Below the pieces are notes generated by a model. The model was given only the letters and a program-made list of their open reading frames with translations. It was not told the origin of the DNA and made no database searches. 64,000 bases of DNA from the NCBI RefSeq assembly GCF_018350175.1, contig NC_058368.1, positions 145,330,001 through 145,394,000 on the forward strand, read 5' to 3'. This stretch comes from Felis catus (Eukaryota). The position numbers were made by a program, and so were the translations under genes. Of the stretch, positions 1 to 13,683 are shown in pieces. The first letter of the stretch is position 1. Each line of letters opens with the position of its first letter.

Positions 1-815
1 TCTGCCCATAAGTTCCTGCTAAAATTAGCCAGTCAGTTTCTATTGCTTGTGATCAAGAGCTTCTTTTTACGCTTTGTTCAGAGTGTTTTGTGCTTACTGA
101 ATCAGTAGTTGAATGACCAGGTGACTCTCATGTTTTACAGCTTGCCCAAGCATGTTTTCTGTTTGACCATATCCTGATTTTATTTAACATATGGCAGAAG
201 AACAGTTATTTTATTAAATATTAAGGAACATTTTCTGGAATGTATGTGTTCTATGAGACAAGTGATACCAATGAAAGATTTGTAGTGTGGCAGAAAGGTA
301 GGGGGCCTCTGGCGCAATCACGTGGAGGTTGGGAAAGCAAACACAGGATTGAAATCCCTAAACCCATCCTAAGCCAAATCCCTCCTCCTAAGGGAAGGTC
401 AGCTTGTGTTTCAGTCTGGTATTTGTTCACTGAGCCTTATCCACAGTGAAACCTGAGATGGCAAGCCTCCCAAAGGCTTTACTCAGCCCTAAAAGCTTAT
501 GCTCAAGCCTCAGGTTGTGAGGGTGTGCTGAGAAGGCTAAAGAGTGCTGTTGGCTTCAGGATTTGAGGCTTGAACATTTTTGTACTCTAGGAATACGGGT
601 GTATTGTGAAAAGTTTTTGTTGCTTTATGTTCGTTCTTCTTCCTTTTTATTCTCTCCCCTTTTCCACAGCAAAGTCATCTGTTTTTAAATGTTCTGATGA
701 TTTTTTTTTGTTTTTAATTTTATATCTTATCCTTTTACTACATTTATTTAAAGGAAAGTTTTGTCTCTGATAGCTTGACATTGTTAGTTTACTTTTTATC
801 TTCAAGACCCTACTG

Positions 816-1032
816 TTTTTTTTTTTAAGTTTATTTATTTATTTTGAGAGAGAGAGAGAAAGCACGAGCCAAGCAGGGGAGGGGCAAAGACAGAGGGAGA
901 GAGAAGACCCAATTAGGCTTCATGCTGCGAGTGAGGAGCCTGATATAGGGCCAAGCTCACAAACTGTGAGATCATGACCTGAGCTGAAATCAAGAGTCAA
1001 ACGCTTAACCGACTGATCCACCCTCGTGCCCC
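816..1032 (-). mobile_element. CanSINE (SINEC_Fc-like, tRNA-derived)
   Basis: T-rich tail, (GA)n tract, then the reverse complement of the CanSINE head (gagatcatgacctgagctgaaatcaagagt...cacc...gcccc). Confidence 0.93.
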
Positions 1033-1774
1033 ATTATTGGTTTTATTTTAATCAAAAACTATTCATATATTGATTATATTTGTAGATTTGGTGATATAAG
1101 AAAATTTATTCAAAGTGGATCTAAAATGGTTGAGTATTTCTGAAATTTGCTGATAGTAATTGAAGTATAATTATTGGGTAAAGCTTGCCAATGTCAAAGG
1201 AATAATGATTTTACATGTAATATACATATAAGCCACATATTATCTACCTATAATTCATATGTAGTTCTTTTCACAGCTCTTATCATTTGGTACTCAGAAT
1301 AGCAATCTATCAGCATGCTTTTAGATGTTTCTAAAAGCATCTAAGAAATGTTCCATCTTGCATGCATAAAACATTTAAATTTAGCTTTCATGTGATTCTT
1401 AGGTATTATGTTTTCGAATAAGATTATACAGTTCTGTGGTTGTTTTGCTATTAAAACATTCTTAACTGATTTCCATATCAATTGATTCTATGCCTTGCTG
1501 TAATGTAAATAACCCCTAAAGATACAGCAAACTAGTGTTTGCTCTTTAGTAAACAGCTCTATCAGTAACTTTTTCAAAGATGTGGGCAGGCTTATCAATA
1601 TTATCGATGTCAGTGCCTGACAGATTGTGAGCATATCTTTTTTCTCAGGAATCCTTTGGTTGATTTAGCTTTTAACATTCCTCCACCAGATCTACAGAGC
1701 CTCATAACATGGTCAGGCTGAGAAGTTTTTTTGCTTATTTGACTGAGATCTTACTAATTAAAAACTCTAAACTC

Positions 1775-1882
1775 CTTTAAGGCAGGGACACTGCTTGTCT
1801 TGTTCTTGTATTTCTATAGCACCTAGCACAGTGCCTGGCATACACTAGATTCTCTGTAAGTTTGTGAAAAGAATGGATAAAT
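1775..1882 (+). mobile_element. L2 3' end fragment
   Basis: Typical L2 tail: ggcagggac...tagcacctagcacagtgcctggcatac...gaatggataaatg. Confidence 0.75.
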
Positions 1883-1945
1883 GTTAATAGGCTTAACAGT
1901 TTCTATTTTCCACAGAGAGAGAGCCAGTATGAATGTAGACCTACA

Positions 1946-2440
1946 GGGATGATTAATTTTATATGTCATCTTGACTGATCTAAGAGATGCCCAGATAACT
2001 GATAAAAATTATTTCTGGGTCGTTCTGTAAGGGTATTTCCAGAAAAGATTAGCATTTGAATCCCTAGACTGCGTAAAAAAGGTCACCCTCATCTATGTGG
2101 GTGGGCTTCATACAATCGAGGGCCTGAATAGAACAAAACAGTCAAAGAAGGGTGATGTGCCCTCTCTGCTTGAGCTGGGGCATTCATCTTTATCTTGGTC
2201 ATCAGCCCTCAGTTCTTGGGCCTTTGGACTCAGACAGGTACTAACATCATTGGTTCTTCTGGTTCTCAGGCTTTGGGTTTGAACTTCAACTACTTCCTGA
2301 GCCTCTCGCTGACAGGAGGTAGGTCATTGAACATCTCAGCCTTCATAATCCTGTAAGTCAATCCTTCATAATGATTCTCCTTCTGCATATCTATATGTAT
2401 CCTATGGGTTCTGCTTCTCTAGAGAACCCTGACTAATACA
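1946..2440 (+). mobile_element. MLT2-family (ERVL) solo LTR
   Basis: Starts gatgattaattttatatgtcatcttgactg...gagatgcccagata and ends gttctgcttctctagagaaccctgactaataca, matching MLT2 termini as I recall them. Confidence 0.85.
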
Positions 2441-2599
2441 TTCACCCATTTGAAACACGTATCTATCTCTTTGAGCCCTCGACTTTTCTTTAGCCTGGCT
2501 CCTTTACCCATAGCCTGCAAGTAATGGTAGTATTATCCTAGCTCCAAAGTGCCATATCCAGATCATTTTACTTTCCTATAAAGCAAAATTTTTCTTGAG

Positions 2600-4160
2600 T
2601 TGGTTCTATACCCACCCATCTGTACCCTTTCTTATGCTCCTCATCACCATCTTTTTCTTAATGGTCCACATTTATTTAGATTTTTGGTACCAGGCTCACT
2701 ATCTTTCTCTCCAACACAACTCCTGCAGAAATTTCCAGGCCTTCATGAATGACCCATTGACTACTATGGTCTATTCAATGCTTATGGCTTCACTTCCATT
2801 CTACTTCAGCAGCCTACCTTTGATTGACCTCAGGGGCCTTGTCCTTACCTGGGACTCACTGATACATACACCTGAAACCTTGCACATCCATCTCTTCTTC
2901 TCCACACATGTCCTCCTATTCTGCTGGTCATCTTCTGTCTCCACAAGCCTACTCTCTTAATGACACCATGATAATCTTTTGTCCCTTGATTTCTTTCCTT
3001 ATTCCAACTCTATTGATGTCCCCTTATCATCATTTCCTTATCATCCTGATCAGACCCCATGGTTCTCACTTCTGCTACTCTTGTACCAGCAGCCTTAATT
3101 GATTCTACCCTAATAGATCTCTTCAGCACCCTGCAAGCCTGCAATTCATTCACTCTTCACTCGGCTACTTTTTATACTTCTTCACACAAGCAGGATGAAT
3201 GGTACTGAAGGAACACAATAAACAAAAAACAATCACACAAAGTGTAGAAAGTAGTACCTCCACAAATGTAGAATCCAGTCTCAGCTAGACCCTCAAATCA
3301 TATATATTCTTTCTCACCTTCTCTTATTTATTTTAAGACAATTACAAAATTTTACTTGTGTTTTTAAGCCCCTCTCCTCACTTTCAGAAATGGCTCTGCT
3401 AATTTCCCATTTCAGAGAATGCAGAAGCTATCAGAAATGAACTTTCCTCAAGTCCTACTCCACTGCACTTCTTCTCTCCTGAATAAAAAAGATGTATGTT
3501 TTTATTCCTACCATTACATTGTCTCCTTTGTCCTCCTTCCAGATAATACAGATTAGTACTTGGGATTCAACTTCTTTTTTCCTTAGGCACTGTGGTACCT
3601 CAATTGTCTCCTCTTTCCTTTTGGCTCTTGTGCTTGGCTTGCAGACTGGATCAAGTCACACACACTTAAAAGTGAAATACTAAGATACCCTCCCTTGCCT
3701 CTGATTCTCTGCTACCGGCCACTCTATCTTTTTTCTTTTCTTCATAGAAAAGCTGGAGTCCTTACTTCCTTGATTCCCTTATTTATTTTTTTAAAGACCC
3801 ATCCACTTTGTAATCCATCAGAAAGAGACCACTACCATAACATGAAAGCTGCTTTTGCTAAGTTATCAGTGTCTTAATTTCCAAATCCAATAGTCACTTT
3901 TCAGTATTTATATTCCTTAATTTCTTTGCTTTTTATTTGATACTGTTAAGCACTCCTTGGAAACTCTCTTCTTGGTTTTATTATCTATTCTTTCTTGTCT
4001 TCCTCCTAATTCTCTTAGAATCCTCATGGACTCTCCTACCTGTTTCTAAAGTATTCATGTTCTCTAGGATTCTACCCTCAGAACTTTCTTTTCATGGTAT
4101 CTAGTCTCCCTTGAATAGTGTGTCTTCTGTGACCATAGCTGTAACTATCAGTGACACTCA
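2600..4160 (+). mobile_element. Highly decayed L2-like body
   Basis: C/T-rich sequence with L2-like motifs (ccaaatccaatagtcacttttcagt...tttgatactgtt...cactccttggaaactct). Confidence 0.55.
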
Positions 4161-4416
4161 AATACTGCTTTGGAGGTGATTTTTTCTAAAAGGGTTAGGA
4201 TCTAAAATCAGTGTGAAAGGCAGAAATAGAGTTAAAATTACATTAAAAAAATCTCTAGAACACTGTATACATGATTTTGAGTGTGTATACTATCAGTCAA
4301 GAAATCGTACACAGCCCCTTTTCCTCTGTTATTGGAACAGAGGTTGTTTCTTGAGTTGAACACCAGATGAAGTTGTTGGCTTGCATTTAGGGTCCATGTT
4401 ATAAGAAAAGTGTGGG

Positions 4417-4461
4417 GTTTTTGTTGTTGTTGTTGTTGTTTTTTTTTTTTTTTTTTTTTTT
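4417..4461. repeat. (GTT)n / poly-T simple repeat
   Basis: Seen directly. Confidence 0.9.
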
Positions 4462-5994
4462 GCCAAACACATATAGCAGAGTTAATATAAGTTAAGTAGA
4501 TATAGGAGATAACTCCATTATATATATTTTCAGCCCGACCTCTCTATCAAATATCCCCTTTTGGATATACCACCAATCCAGATTGTTTTAGTTAGATTTC
4601 TGAGAGCTGAAGATATATGACATACTCATATGCTGCTTAGCAAAGGCACCTATTAGAAGGATATAGTGATGTGGCAGGGCTATAGCTCACATGCAGAGTG
4701 TTTTCATCCTCTGGGTTGATGTTCTTATTCCAGGCAGATGTCTTCTAGCATTATACAGCCTCGCTAGAGCCCTAGGCAGCTGCCAGTTGGTGGAATCTCC
4801 AAGCCAAGCATCACACAAGCCAGTAACCTCCAGCTAAACAGCTTTATTGAAACTAGTGGAATTCATAAGCATCTAGGAAGGCATTGCAATTCTTTACTGG
4901 CCTTTTAAAGTGCTGTAATTCACCCGGTGGCTGTTACATCACCCTACAGACCATCCTCATGAGGCTATCATGACCAATCAGCCAAGTGAAATTTCCTCAT
5001 TGACCATAATGGACATTTGACTATTGTAAGTAGGGTGTGTGCTGTGTGTATTAAGAACCAATATCAGAGACAAATCTGTATGGCAGTAAGCTTTACCTCC
5101 TCTTTATCACACATACCAAACAGCATAAATAATTAAAAGCATCATAATACAAAGCAGTCAAACATTACATCAAAGATGTGGCAACACTACTCAACTGTGG
5201 CCTATTTCATTCGACATTTAACATTTGTCCTCTTTCTTTTTGTCATTATTCATGTTTTGTAATATGCCTCTTGACATGTCTTGAGTACATATAGAATAAG
5301 GATGCCTTTTTATATCCTTCTACTATCTCTGCCTATGTATTTATTCCATCAGCTCCTTGATTTGAGGAAGACTGAACAATGAAGGGACATTCTCTGTGGC
5401 CAACTCTGGGTTGCAGAAGGTAAGAAATTATACATTTGGAATGTCACATTATCGTCTTTTGCTGGTCACCACCTTTTGGCTTTTTGTCCCTTTAAATTTG
5501 ACCTTTTTGCCTCTAGTGTTATTTCCTTTACAGAACAACAGGATATAATTTATATCAATAACATTCTTTTCTTTGTGCCATATATATATGTTCAGTAAAG
5601 TTAATATCATTTGCTTCCATCTAAAAATCACAGACATCAATTTTAATTTTTTTATTGGAGGTAGCATTCTTTATTTTTATTATAAAAAGTAACACATTGA
5701 TGACACATTATTTTTTCTAAATCTGAAATACCAAAAAGGTATGATGAAGAAAAATCATTCATAATTCCCTTACCTAGGGATGGCCATTGTTAATTTTTGG
5801 TTGTAACCTTTTATCATTTTTCTATAGGACTATAAATGAAGTTATACTTTAACATATTGTTTTGTACCTGGCCTTCTTTCTATGTTAGAAAACATGATTA
5901 TATTAATTATTGTATTATTCTATTACTCTTATGTATCAATCTCGTAAGTTTGAAAATGTATATCTTTTTGTTCTTCACACTCCTGCAAAGGTGG

Positions 5995-6135
5995 AATTAT
6001 TGCTAATTCCATTTTGTAGAACATAGATCCTAAGGTTCAGAGAGGATAAGTGACTGCTCGAAATCTACATACCAAGTGAGTGCAGAAATAAAGCTTGCTC
6101 TATGACTTCTTGATGCCACATTGGTACCCTTTCCA
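5995..6135 (-). mobile_element. MIR fragment
   Basis: ccattttgtaga...aaggttcagagaggataagtgactgctc resembles the MIR core. Confidence 0.6.
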
Positions 6136-6830
6136 CAGTGTGTCTGTCATCTCTCTAATAAGATAATGCAGATGAAGGGGCCGAGGAAACACACATTACT
6201 GTTATTTATTTTAAGAGGCAGTCTAAAGAGAATTATTGCCTTGGGAGCAACTTCTGATTTGGTCTGAATCTAGGGCAGCTTCGTGAATTAAAACTGCACA
6301 AAGGCTTCCAGGGCTGCAGGCTGAACTTGTCTTAATGCAAAACATCATTATAACACACCAATATATCAATATGCAATTGAATACTACAATCAGAATAAAT
6401 TCCTGATCTGTAAACATAGCCATAGAACATTAAAAGAAACAGGTCATTATTGAACCAGGACATTCAAGTCCTTGTGAGCAAAAAGGCAGACCCTATGTAA
6501 GTATATTGATCTTGTCTCATTACCCTCCTGGTATGTTCTTTGCTGGGTGATGTGTGGAAAGTCTAGCAAGGGAGAATATCTTGCTGTGTAGTTCAAAGGG
6601 ATCTAACCTATGGCCTAGAAGGTAGAGGGAATTTGAACCAAAAATTCTGAAGAATTTGAGATTTTGTAGTTGCTTCTTTATTCTCTACCCATTGCTTTAC
6701 AAATCAATGCATTCTGGATACAGGGTGCTGCAAATACTGTGTTTGAATCTTTTTTTCCCCACGTATTCTAAAGGTGTGGCACATTCATGGTTTGCTACTT
6801 ATCTACTTTCTCATTTCTTTCTTCTTCTTC

Positions 6831-7042
6831 TTTGTAAGTTTATTTATTTATTTTGAGAGAGAGAGAGAGAGAGTGAGTACCGGAGAGTCCGAAGGAGAGG
6901 GAAAGAGAGAATCCCAAGCAGGTTCTGCACTGTCAGCATGGAGCTCCAAGGCAGGACTCAATCCTATCTCAAACCTTGAGATCATGATCTGAGCCAAAAT
7001 CAAGAGCAGGATGCTTAACTGACTGAGCCACCCAGGCGCCCC
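6831..7042 (-). mobile_element. CanSINE
   Basis: Ends gactgagccacccaggcgcccc; imperfect TSD tcatttctttcttctt / tcatttatttcttctt. Confidence 0.95.
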
Positions 7043-8339
7043 TCATTTATTTCTTCTTGGGCCTCATATTATCTTGGTCAAGGTTTTGGTTTGCTTGGGC
7101 AGCTGCCCTGTTATGGACTCTGGACTGCTTTTCCCTTCAAAGTTACTGAGCATTTCAGTGAGACTTGGGACTGAAAGTGTACAGTAAGAATTTATTCCTA
7201 TGGGGTTCGTAGGTACAAATTGCTAGGCCTCTATTAAAATATAACATTTAGAGAAAGATAAAATCATGCCTTTCATGCAGATATAAAAACGAATATATGT
7301 TAAAGAATTCATTTTACTCATATGATATCAGGGAACCAGGTAAAATGGGATAGAACTGATTTTTCCATGAGTAACATGGGGGAATCAATTAAAATCACTA
7401 CCAGACAGGACAGAAGTTATGTATCTATCTATATCTATATAACCTACAATTTACAAAGAACAGCAAAATTGCTTACAGACAATGAACAAGGCTAGAATCT
7501 GATAACCCAGAAGGATATGCTAGAGATATGCAGAGTTTTTTCTGACCCCCTCCCCAAATAAAAGAACAAAGGGCGTTGTCAACCAATTTCAGTGGGAAAA
7601 AACCAGCAACCTGAGTAATATCAGATTACCGCCAGAGTGACTCTTTTAGAACTCTGAATTCCTCTGACAAATTTGAAACAAATGTATAGTTCCGAAATGT
7701 CCTCAAGTGTTTTGAAAGATAGAAATGTCCAAATAAGAATATTATAAAACAAAGACAGACAAATAACAAAATGCACTACAGTATTCCAACCTTTGTTCAG
7801 ACAGTTCAAATTGGCTTATTTCCTGAAATGTGTTATATATACCTTTCATAATACAAACTAGACCCTCAAAGATAAGATCCTCAAAATGCGAGCACAGCTA
7901 TCCAATCCTACTGCTATCCATTGTTAGCTGTAGTACCTTGTTGCTGTGATTCTGTGTTAACTTTATGCTTTGCTATCGTCAAGACTTTTACAACTAATTT
8001 TCAGTAACCTTCAGAAATTTTCTAAGAAAGTTTTCTTAGGAAACACAGATATAATTACAGATTGTCATTAAAAAAAATGACAATTTTCCATTGCTATTTC
8101 CATACAAATGATTGAATCCATGAGTGTCATGCCACAGTCCCCAACTTTAGGTACTCTGAGTACATATGCCTACTACTAAAAATCAAATGAAACATACAGT
8201 AACTTAAGTTCAGCAACAAAAGTTTCTCTAAATTAGAATATGAAATAAGGCAAGCCCTAAGCTAAGGAATGTCATCAGTACAGAATTATAGTCAAAGAAC
8301 ACAATTTGTATTTCTATACTGAGCCCAAAATATATGTCT

Positions 8340-8870
8340 ACCAGGTATTTACCCAAGAGAAATGAAAATATATGTCCACAAAAATACTTGTACATGATTA
8401 TTTATAGCAGCTTTATTTATAATAGCCAGAAGCTGAAAACAACCTAAATGTCCTTCCCAGATGACTAGATATACAAACTGTGGTATAGTCATGCAGTGGA
8501 ATACTGATTAGTAATAAAAAAGAACTGATTACTGATAAATGCATCAATGAATCTCAGATAGATGCCAAGTAAGAGAAGCCAGACACATAGGTACTGTATG
8601 TACTGTATGATACCATTTGCTAGAATTGGCAAAACTAGAGTGACTAATCTAGAGGAAATGAGTGGTTACTAAGGCTTTGAGAGTCAAGGAAGTGATTAAC
8701 TGCAAAGGAGTAGTAGTTCACTCTTTGGGATGATGAAAGTGTTCTATATTTTTATTGTAGTAATGGTTACATAGATGTATCTGTTTGTCAAAATGTACTA
8801 ACCTGTAGAGTTAAAATGGGAGCATTTTATTTTATATAAATTACATTCAAAAAGGTTGATAATAAAAATA
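8340..8870 (+). mobile_element. Old L1M (L1MB/MC-like) ORF2 end and 3' UTR
   Basis: ggtatttacccaagagaaatgaaaatatatgtccac...ttatagcagctttatttataatagcc...aacaacctaaatgtcc. Confidence 0.85.
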
Positions 8871-9039
8871 AAACACAGATCCCCCCAAGTATGTATGTGC
8901 TGTGGGTATACAAAAGGTAACAAATAAGAAGTGGCATGATGGGCAGTTTGAATCACCCTGCTGTAATTATTATCAATTCTCTGAAACCCCATTCTTTAAT
9001 ATTGACTATTGCGGTTTTTTTCAGTATCATTAAAAAAAA

Positions 9040-9410
9040 TTAATAGACTATTTCTTAGAAAATATTGTTTACAGAAAACTGAGCAGATAATACAGAATTC
9101 TTATGTATGCCAGTCACAGTTTCCCCTTTTATTAACATCTTGCATTAGTGTGGTACATATGTTATAACTGATGAACCAATATTGATAGATTGTTGTTAAC
9201 TAAAGTCCATAGTTTATATTAGAATTCTTTGTGTTGTATAGATTTATAGGTTTTGACAAAAGCATAATGTCATATATCCACCATTAGTGTCAAAATGATA
9301 ATTTTGTTGTCCTAAAAATGCTGTATGCTCCACATATTCATCCCTTCTGTTTTTGCCCTCTTCCCCCAAACTCTGGCAAACACTGATCTTTTTACTGTCT
9401 CTATAGTTTC
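9040..9410 (-). mobile_element. Old L1MC-like 3' end
   Basis: attaacatcttgcattagtgtggtacat...gatgaaccaatattgata...aactaaagtccatagttta. Confidence 0.8.
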
Positions 9411-10645
9411 GCCAACTACAGTTTTTTTTCTCTCACTCTTTTGGGTAAGTGCTATGTACACACAGGTTTATGTTTCTTATCTCTGCCATCCAATCAGATT
9501 ACCTCTCCTAACTCTTTCTTTTATATAATTTATCTTTTCCTGAGGACCTCCTGGAGGGTGGTGGAAGAGATCTGCCTACTACACGCGGTGGCAGAGAGAG
9601 CTATTCTCCCCAGTATCCATTCTGCCCTTCTTTCTTCTAATAATAAAACAATCTCACTCTGTCAAGCTTTGACTGAGCCCTTGGCTACCTAGCGAGAGAC
9701 TGCATTTTCTACCTTCCTTGTATCTTGGTGTGGCCTGTGGGATATGAGCCGAAAGACTATGTACAAGTGATATGATTGTACTTTCTTATAAGATTGAGAA
9801 AATAAGACATTTCCCATGCAATTTTATACTTGTGTCTCATTCTTGGGCCATACTACCTTAAGGATATTGTGAATTAATATTACAAGATAATTCCCATAAT
9901 GTGAAAGGCACAATTATACTGCATTGTAATTTTTGGTAATAAAAATATTCATTGGTTAAAGGAAAACGCTAAATGCAAAGCTTCGATAAACTTATTTTGA
10001 ATTTTTTTTTTTTTTTACTTTACAGTGTCTCAATAAAACAAAACAAATAAAAAGCCAGAAGGCTTAACTTCTATGAGGCCCTGTGGGAAACATGGGTTTA
10101 AAATGTAGTGGACAACCAGAAGCCTGTGAAGGTAAGTAAAGGAAGGTCAAGGGAGCCGGAGGAGATTCAGGGGATTGTAGTTTTATGGAAGCTAAGGGAA
10201 ACAAGACTTTCTAGATGTGATCAACATGTCCAAATGAAGTGGAGAAATCCAATGAAATAAGGAATGAAAGGGATTTGATCATTAGTCTCAGTTTTCATGT
10301 CTATAAAATGGGTATCTTCGTGTAGTTATCATACAGTTAACTATGTTTCTGGTTTATGGAGGGTTCTCAATGAATTTTAGTTTCCTTCTCTTTGTGATTA
10401 ATTCATTGTTTTATTCAGCAAATACTTATTACTAGTGAGGAACTCTGTTAGAGGCTGGCTATGCAATGACACACTCCACCCTAAAGCACTCTGTAGTGTT
10501 GTAGGGTAAACACAAACAGGCCAGTACTATTCCTTGCCAAGAGTGATAAGATGAAACGAAGTATATCAAAGTTAGCTGATTTACTTTGCTTTGTGTTTTT
10601 GTTTTTGGCAGATGAACTATGAAACTTAAAAACATGTCAAATGCA

Positions 10646-10852
10646 GGAGCGCATGGGTGGCTCAGTTGGTTATGTGTCCATCTTGTGATTTTGGCTCAGG
10701 TTGTGATCTCACGGGCAGGGGATCGAGCACCAAGTGGGGCTCCCATCTGAGCGTGGAACTTGATTAAGATTCTCTCTTTCCTTCTCCCTCTGCCTTTCCC
10801 CGCTCTTGTGCACCCACTCTCTCTCTCAAAATAAATAAATAAACACTTAAAA
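10646..10852 (+). mobile_element. CanSINE (older subfamily)
   Basis: ggagcgcatgggtggctcagttggtta head, (CT)n and aaataaataaat tail; TSD-like tcaaatgca on both sides. Confidence 0.92.
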
Positions 10853-11055
10853 GTAGTCTAAAAAATCTCAAATGCATAATTTTTTAACATGGTATTGTTG
10901 ATGCATGAAAGTGTGTCTAGATTATTGAATACAGTGCCAAGCAATGCATTCTTATTTTTGTATGTGAAAGTTTTATGTTTTTCAAATAACTGCTTAAAGC
11001 TGAAGGAGACACCCATCCACTAAAGTTCTCACTCAGAACTCACTGCCCTATACTT

Positions 11056-11080
11056 AAAAAAAAAAAAAAAAAAAAAAAAA
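11056..11080. repeat. Poly-A run (25 nt)
   Basis: Seen directly. Confidence 0.9.
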
Positions 11081-11194
11081 GCCAGTGAATACTTTTAATT
11101 GGCAGCTATCTTATTCATTTATATCCACAGTTGCTCAAGTATGTTAGGAAATTCATTTATGAGCGGTATCTTTTTTTTTTTTGGCAGTATCTTT

Positions 11195-11515
11195 TTTTAC
11201 ATTGAGTTTTATTTTACATATAGTAAAATCTATCCCATTTATGCGTTTTGGCAAACAAAACAGCAGGTGTAATCACCAACACAATTAAGGTATAGAACAG
11301 TTCCATTACCCCCCAAAATTTCCTCAAGCTTTTTTAGTCAACTCCTTTTCCTGATCGCTATTGATGGGTGTTCTGTCCCTTTTTAAGAACTTTTTATTTT
11401 GAAATGATTATAGAGTAACAAGAAACTGCAAAAATAGTACAGAATCTCATGTACCTATCACCTAGCTTTCTCCAATGGTGATATCTTACATAACTGTGGT
11501 ACAAGATCATAACCA
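11195..11515 (-). mobile_element. Old L1M 3' fragments
   Basis: ttttattttacatatagtaaaat...tatagaacagttccattaccccc; ttttattttgaaatgattataga...aatggtgatatcttacataact. Confidence 0.7.
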
Positions 11516-11929
11516 TTCCCTGTACGTTTGAAGGCAGGTTTTCCTTTCACTTCTTTGCCTGTATTTACTCTCTTCTTTTCACACGAATTTAATTCTGTTG
11601 TGTTAAAAGGAGCAGATGCTAGTTTTCCCTCACATGTCTTCTGTTGCATTTTCAGTATTTCAGTTCGATCACCCCTGTTACTCCTACATCTTTCTGTGGT
11701 CTTTTCTTTATCCCACCGTCCCCAACCCCCAATTTAATTCTGCTGCTAGATTTTTTTTTTTCCCTGAGATATGTATCACAGATGGAACTATTGTCAATTT
11801 TCGAATTGCTAACTTCTACTTTGGTCTTCCGTTTTAAAGGAGGTAGTCCTGCCTGTGCTTAATTGTGGCGCTTACAGTAGTTTTACACTGTGTGTATGTA
11901 TGTTAGGGTGTTAGCCGGTTTGATTCCCC

Positions 11930-12900
11930 AACCTCCGTGAAGGTTCTTGCTCGACCCTTTCTCCATTAGTTACCCTTTTATTTTCCAGATATTTGACTAT
12001 TTGTTGGAAGAAGGGGTGGAACGACCCTTAAAACATTGGCACCCGTCTCTCAGGTTTGGGTTTGCCTGCCGCGCCTCCCCAGTGGGCAGCCTCTGTGGAC
12101 GCGGAGCGCAAAGCAGCCGTTCGGTTCCCCCAGCCGGTGAGATGAGGGGCGGGGCCTCGGCTCCAGTGGCAGTGGGCAACCGGGAGGTCACGCCCCCCGG
12201 CCCGGGCCCTGCGCGCGCGGCTGGCGACGTCAGGCACGGGCGCGAGCTTGGCCCCATGGTGCGCGGGAGGTGCTGGTGCGCATGCTCTGACTCGGCCGCC
12301 TCGGTGGCGCTGGCCGAGGGAGGGTTGGGCCTTTCTTTTGGTGTTCCTCTGTGCGCGTGGGCTCTGCTCGTCTGTTACGGTCTCCGTAGCCCTCGGGAGC
12401 CCATTATTCTCTTCCTTGAGGCCGCCGGTTGGGCGGCAGCGGGCAGAGCGATGGGTACCTCACCCCGGCTCCCCTCCCCCATGCCCGTTGCCCCGCCCGC
12501 CCTGGGCTGGGCGACGGGGTCAGGGGCCGAGCGGAGCTGGGTGAGTATTCCCACAGCATTTGGCTGGCCGCCTCTTCCCGGCTCTGCTTACCGTAGGGTC
12601 CTCATCGTACTCTGGGATGGGGTGGAAGGGTGGGTGCGGGTGGGCGGCTAACAGCCCAGCCCTGAACAAAAGACTGGGAAGCGGGGCGCTTGCTGGTGAA
12701 ATGCAGGCCGCGTCCCAGCGGTGGTGGGACGAGCTTCTGTTTGGGCGTGGGGAGTCGCAGTGGGAAGGAGGGGGCGCACCCAGTGTGACCTGCCCTCTTT
12801 GGCCACTACAGAGCCCTCACGGACAACGTGGGTGGTTACTACCATGTGTTTAAGCCTGCGCGGGGATAGCAAGCCTTTGTCCGTGTGACCTTGAAACAAA
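11930..12900. promoter_or_regulatory. ATG10: CpG island / ATG10 promoter
   Basis: Only CpG-dense, GC-rich non-repeat segment in the window. GC box GGGGCGGGGC at 12146-12155, CRE-like CGACGTCA at 12225-12232, NRF1-like TGCGCATGC at 12277-12285; no obvious TATA box. Lies 14 kb upstream of the ATG10 coding exon. Confidence 0.85.
12240..12540 (+). other. ATG10: Putative ATG10 exon 1 (start uncertain; donor TGG|GTGAGT at 12540/12541)
   Basis: Consensus 5' splice site inside the CpG island, followed by intronic G-runs. The TSS cannot be fixed from sequence. Confidence 0.65.
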
Positions 12901-13460
12901 GGGTCTTAAATTACCAGTGATTTCAATGCCCAAGTTCCCCGTAACTTGAAGGGGTTTCATATTCATTAAGGATCAGGAGGAATAAGTTAATATTTATAGC
13001 CAACAATTTTTCTTTTCCCAAATTATCTGCTTATATTATCAAATCATGAACGGGGTAGTTAACTGGTTTATAGATACACGTTTATGATGGCAAAAATTAT
13101 AAACACCTAGCAAAAGCAAAAGGATAGCTCAGAATGAAACCTTGTCTAAGATGCCCACCTGAGGATGAATTAATTATCTAGCGGACTATACCGTTGTTTG
13201 ACCGTTATTGATTAGGGCCCAGGCTCAGCAGTTACTTTTTTTTTTTTTTTGTCTGATGGAGATGCAAATTATTTTTGACTGGTAGAAAAAGTACTCCTGA
13301 AGGTTGTGATTTTATTGCCCTATTTCCAAGATTTTTATAATTTTTCCCATTCAGCTCGCTCCTTCATCAGGAGTTCAATAAATCTTTGCCACAGGCTCAC
13401 TTTGTGTGAATCATGTTTATAACTTTAAAAAGTTAAAATTTAATAGTGGCCTCACTCTTT

Positions 13461-13683
13461 TTTAAATTTAAATTTTATTTTTTAATGTTTTTATTTTTGT
13501 GAGAGACAGTGCGAGTGAGGGAGAGGCAGACAGGGAGAGCAAGAGCAAGGGAGACACAGAATCTGAAGCAGGCTCCAGACTCTGAGTGGTCAGCACCCAG
13601 CCTGTGATGGGGCCCTAATGTGAACCTTGAGATGACCTGAGCCAAAGGTGGAGGCTTAACCAACTGAGCCACCCAGGCGCCTC
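13461..13683 (-). mobile_element. CanSINE (SINEC_Fc-like)
   Basis: gagacacagaatctgaagcaggctccag core; TSD agtggcctcactcttt on both sides. Confidence 0.95.

Noticed and set aside
11947..12651. The 234-aa unspliced ORF as a stand-alone gene
   Set aside because: It has a TTG start, low-complexity GC-driven composition, no recognisable domain, and reads through a strong splice donor. Only its in-frame link to ATG10 is kept as a finding.
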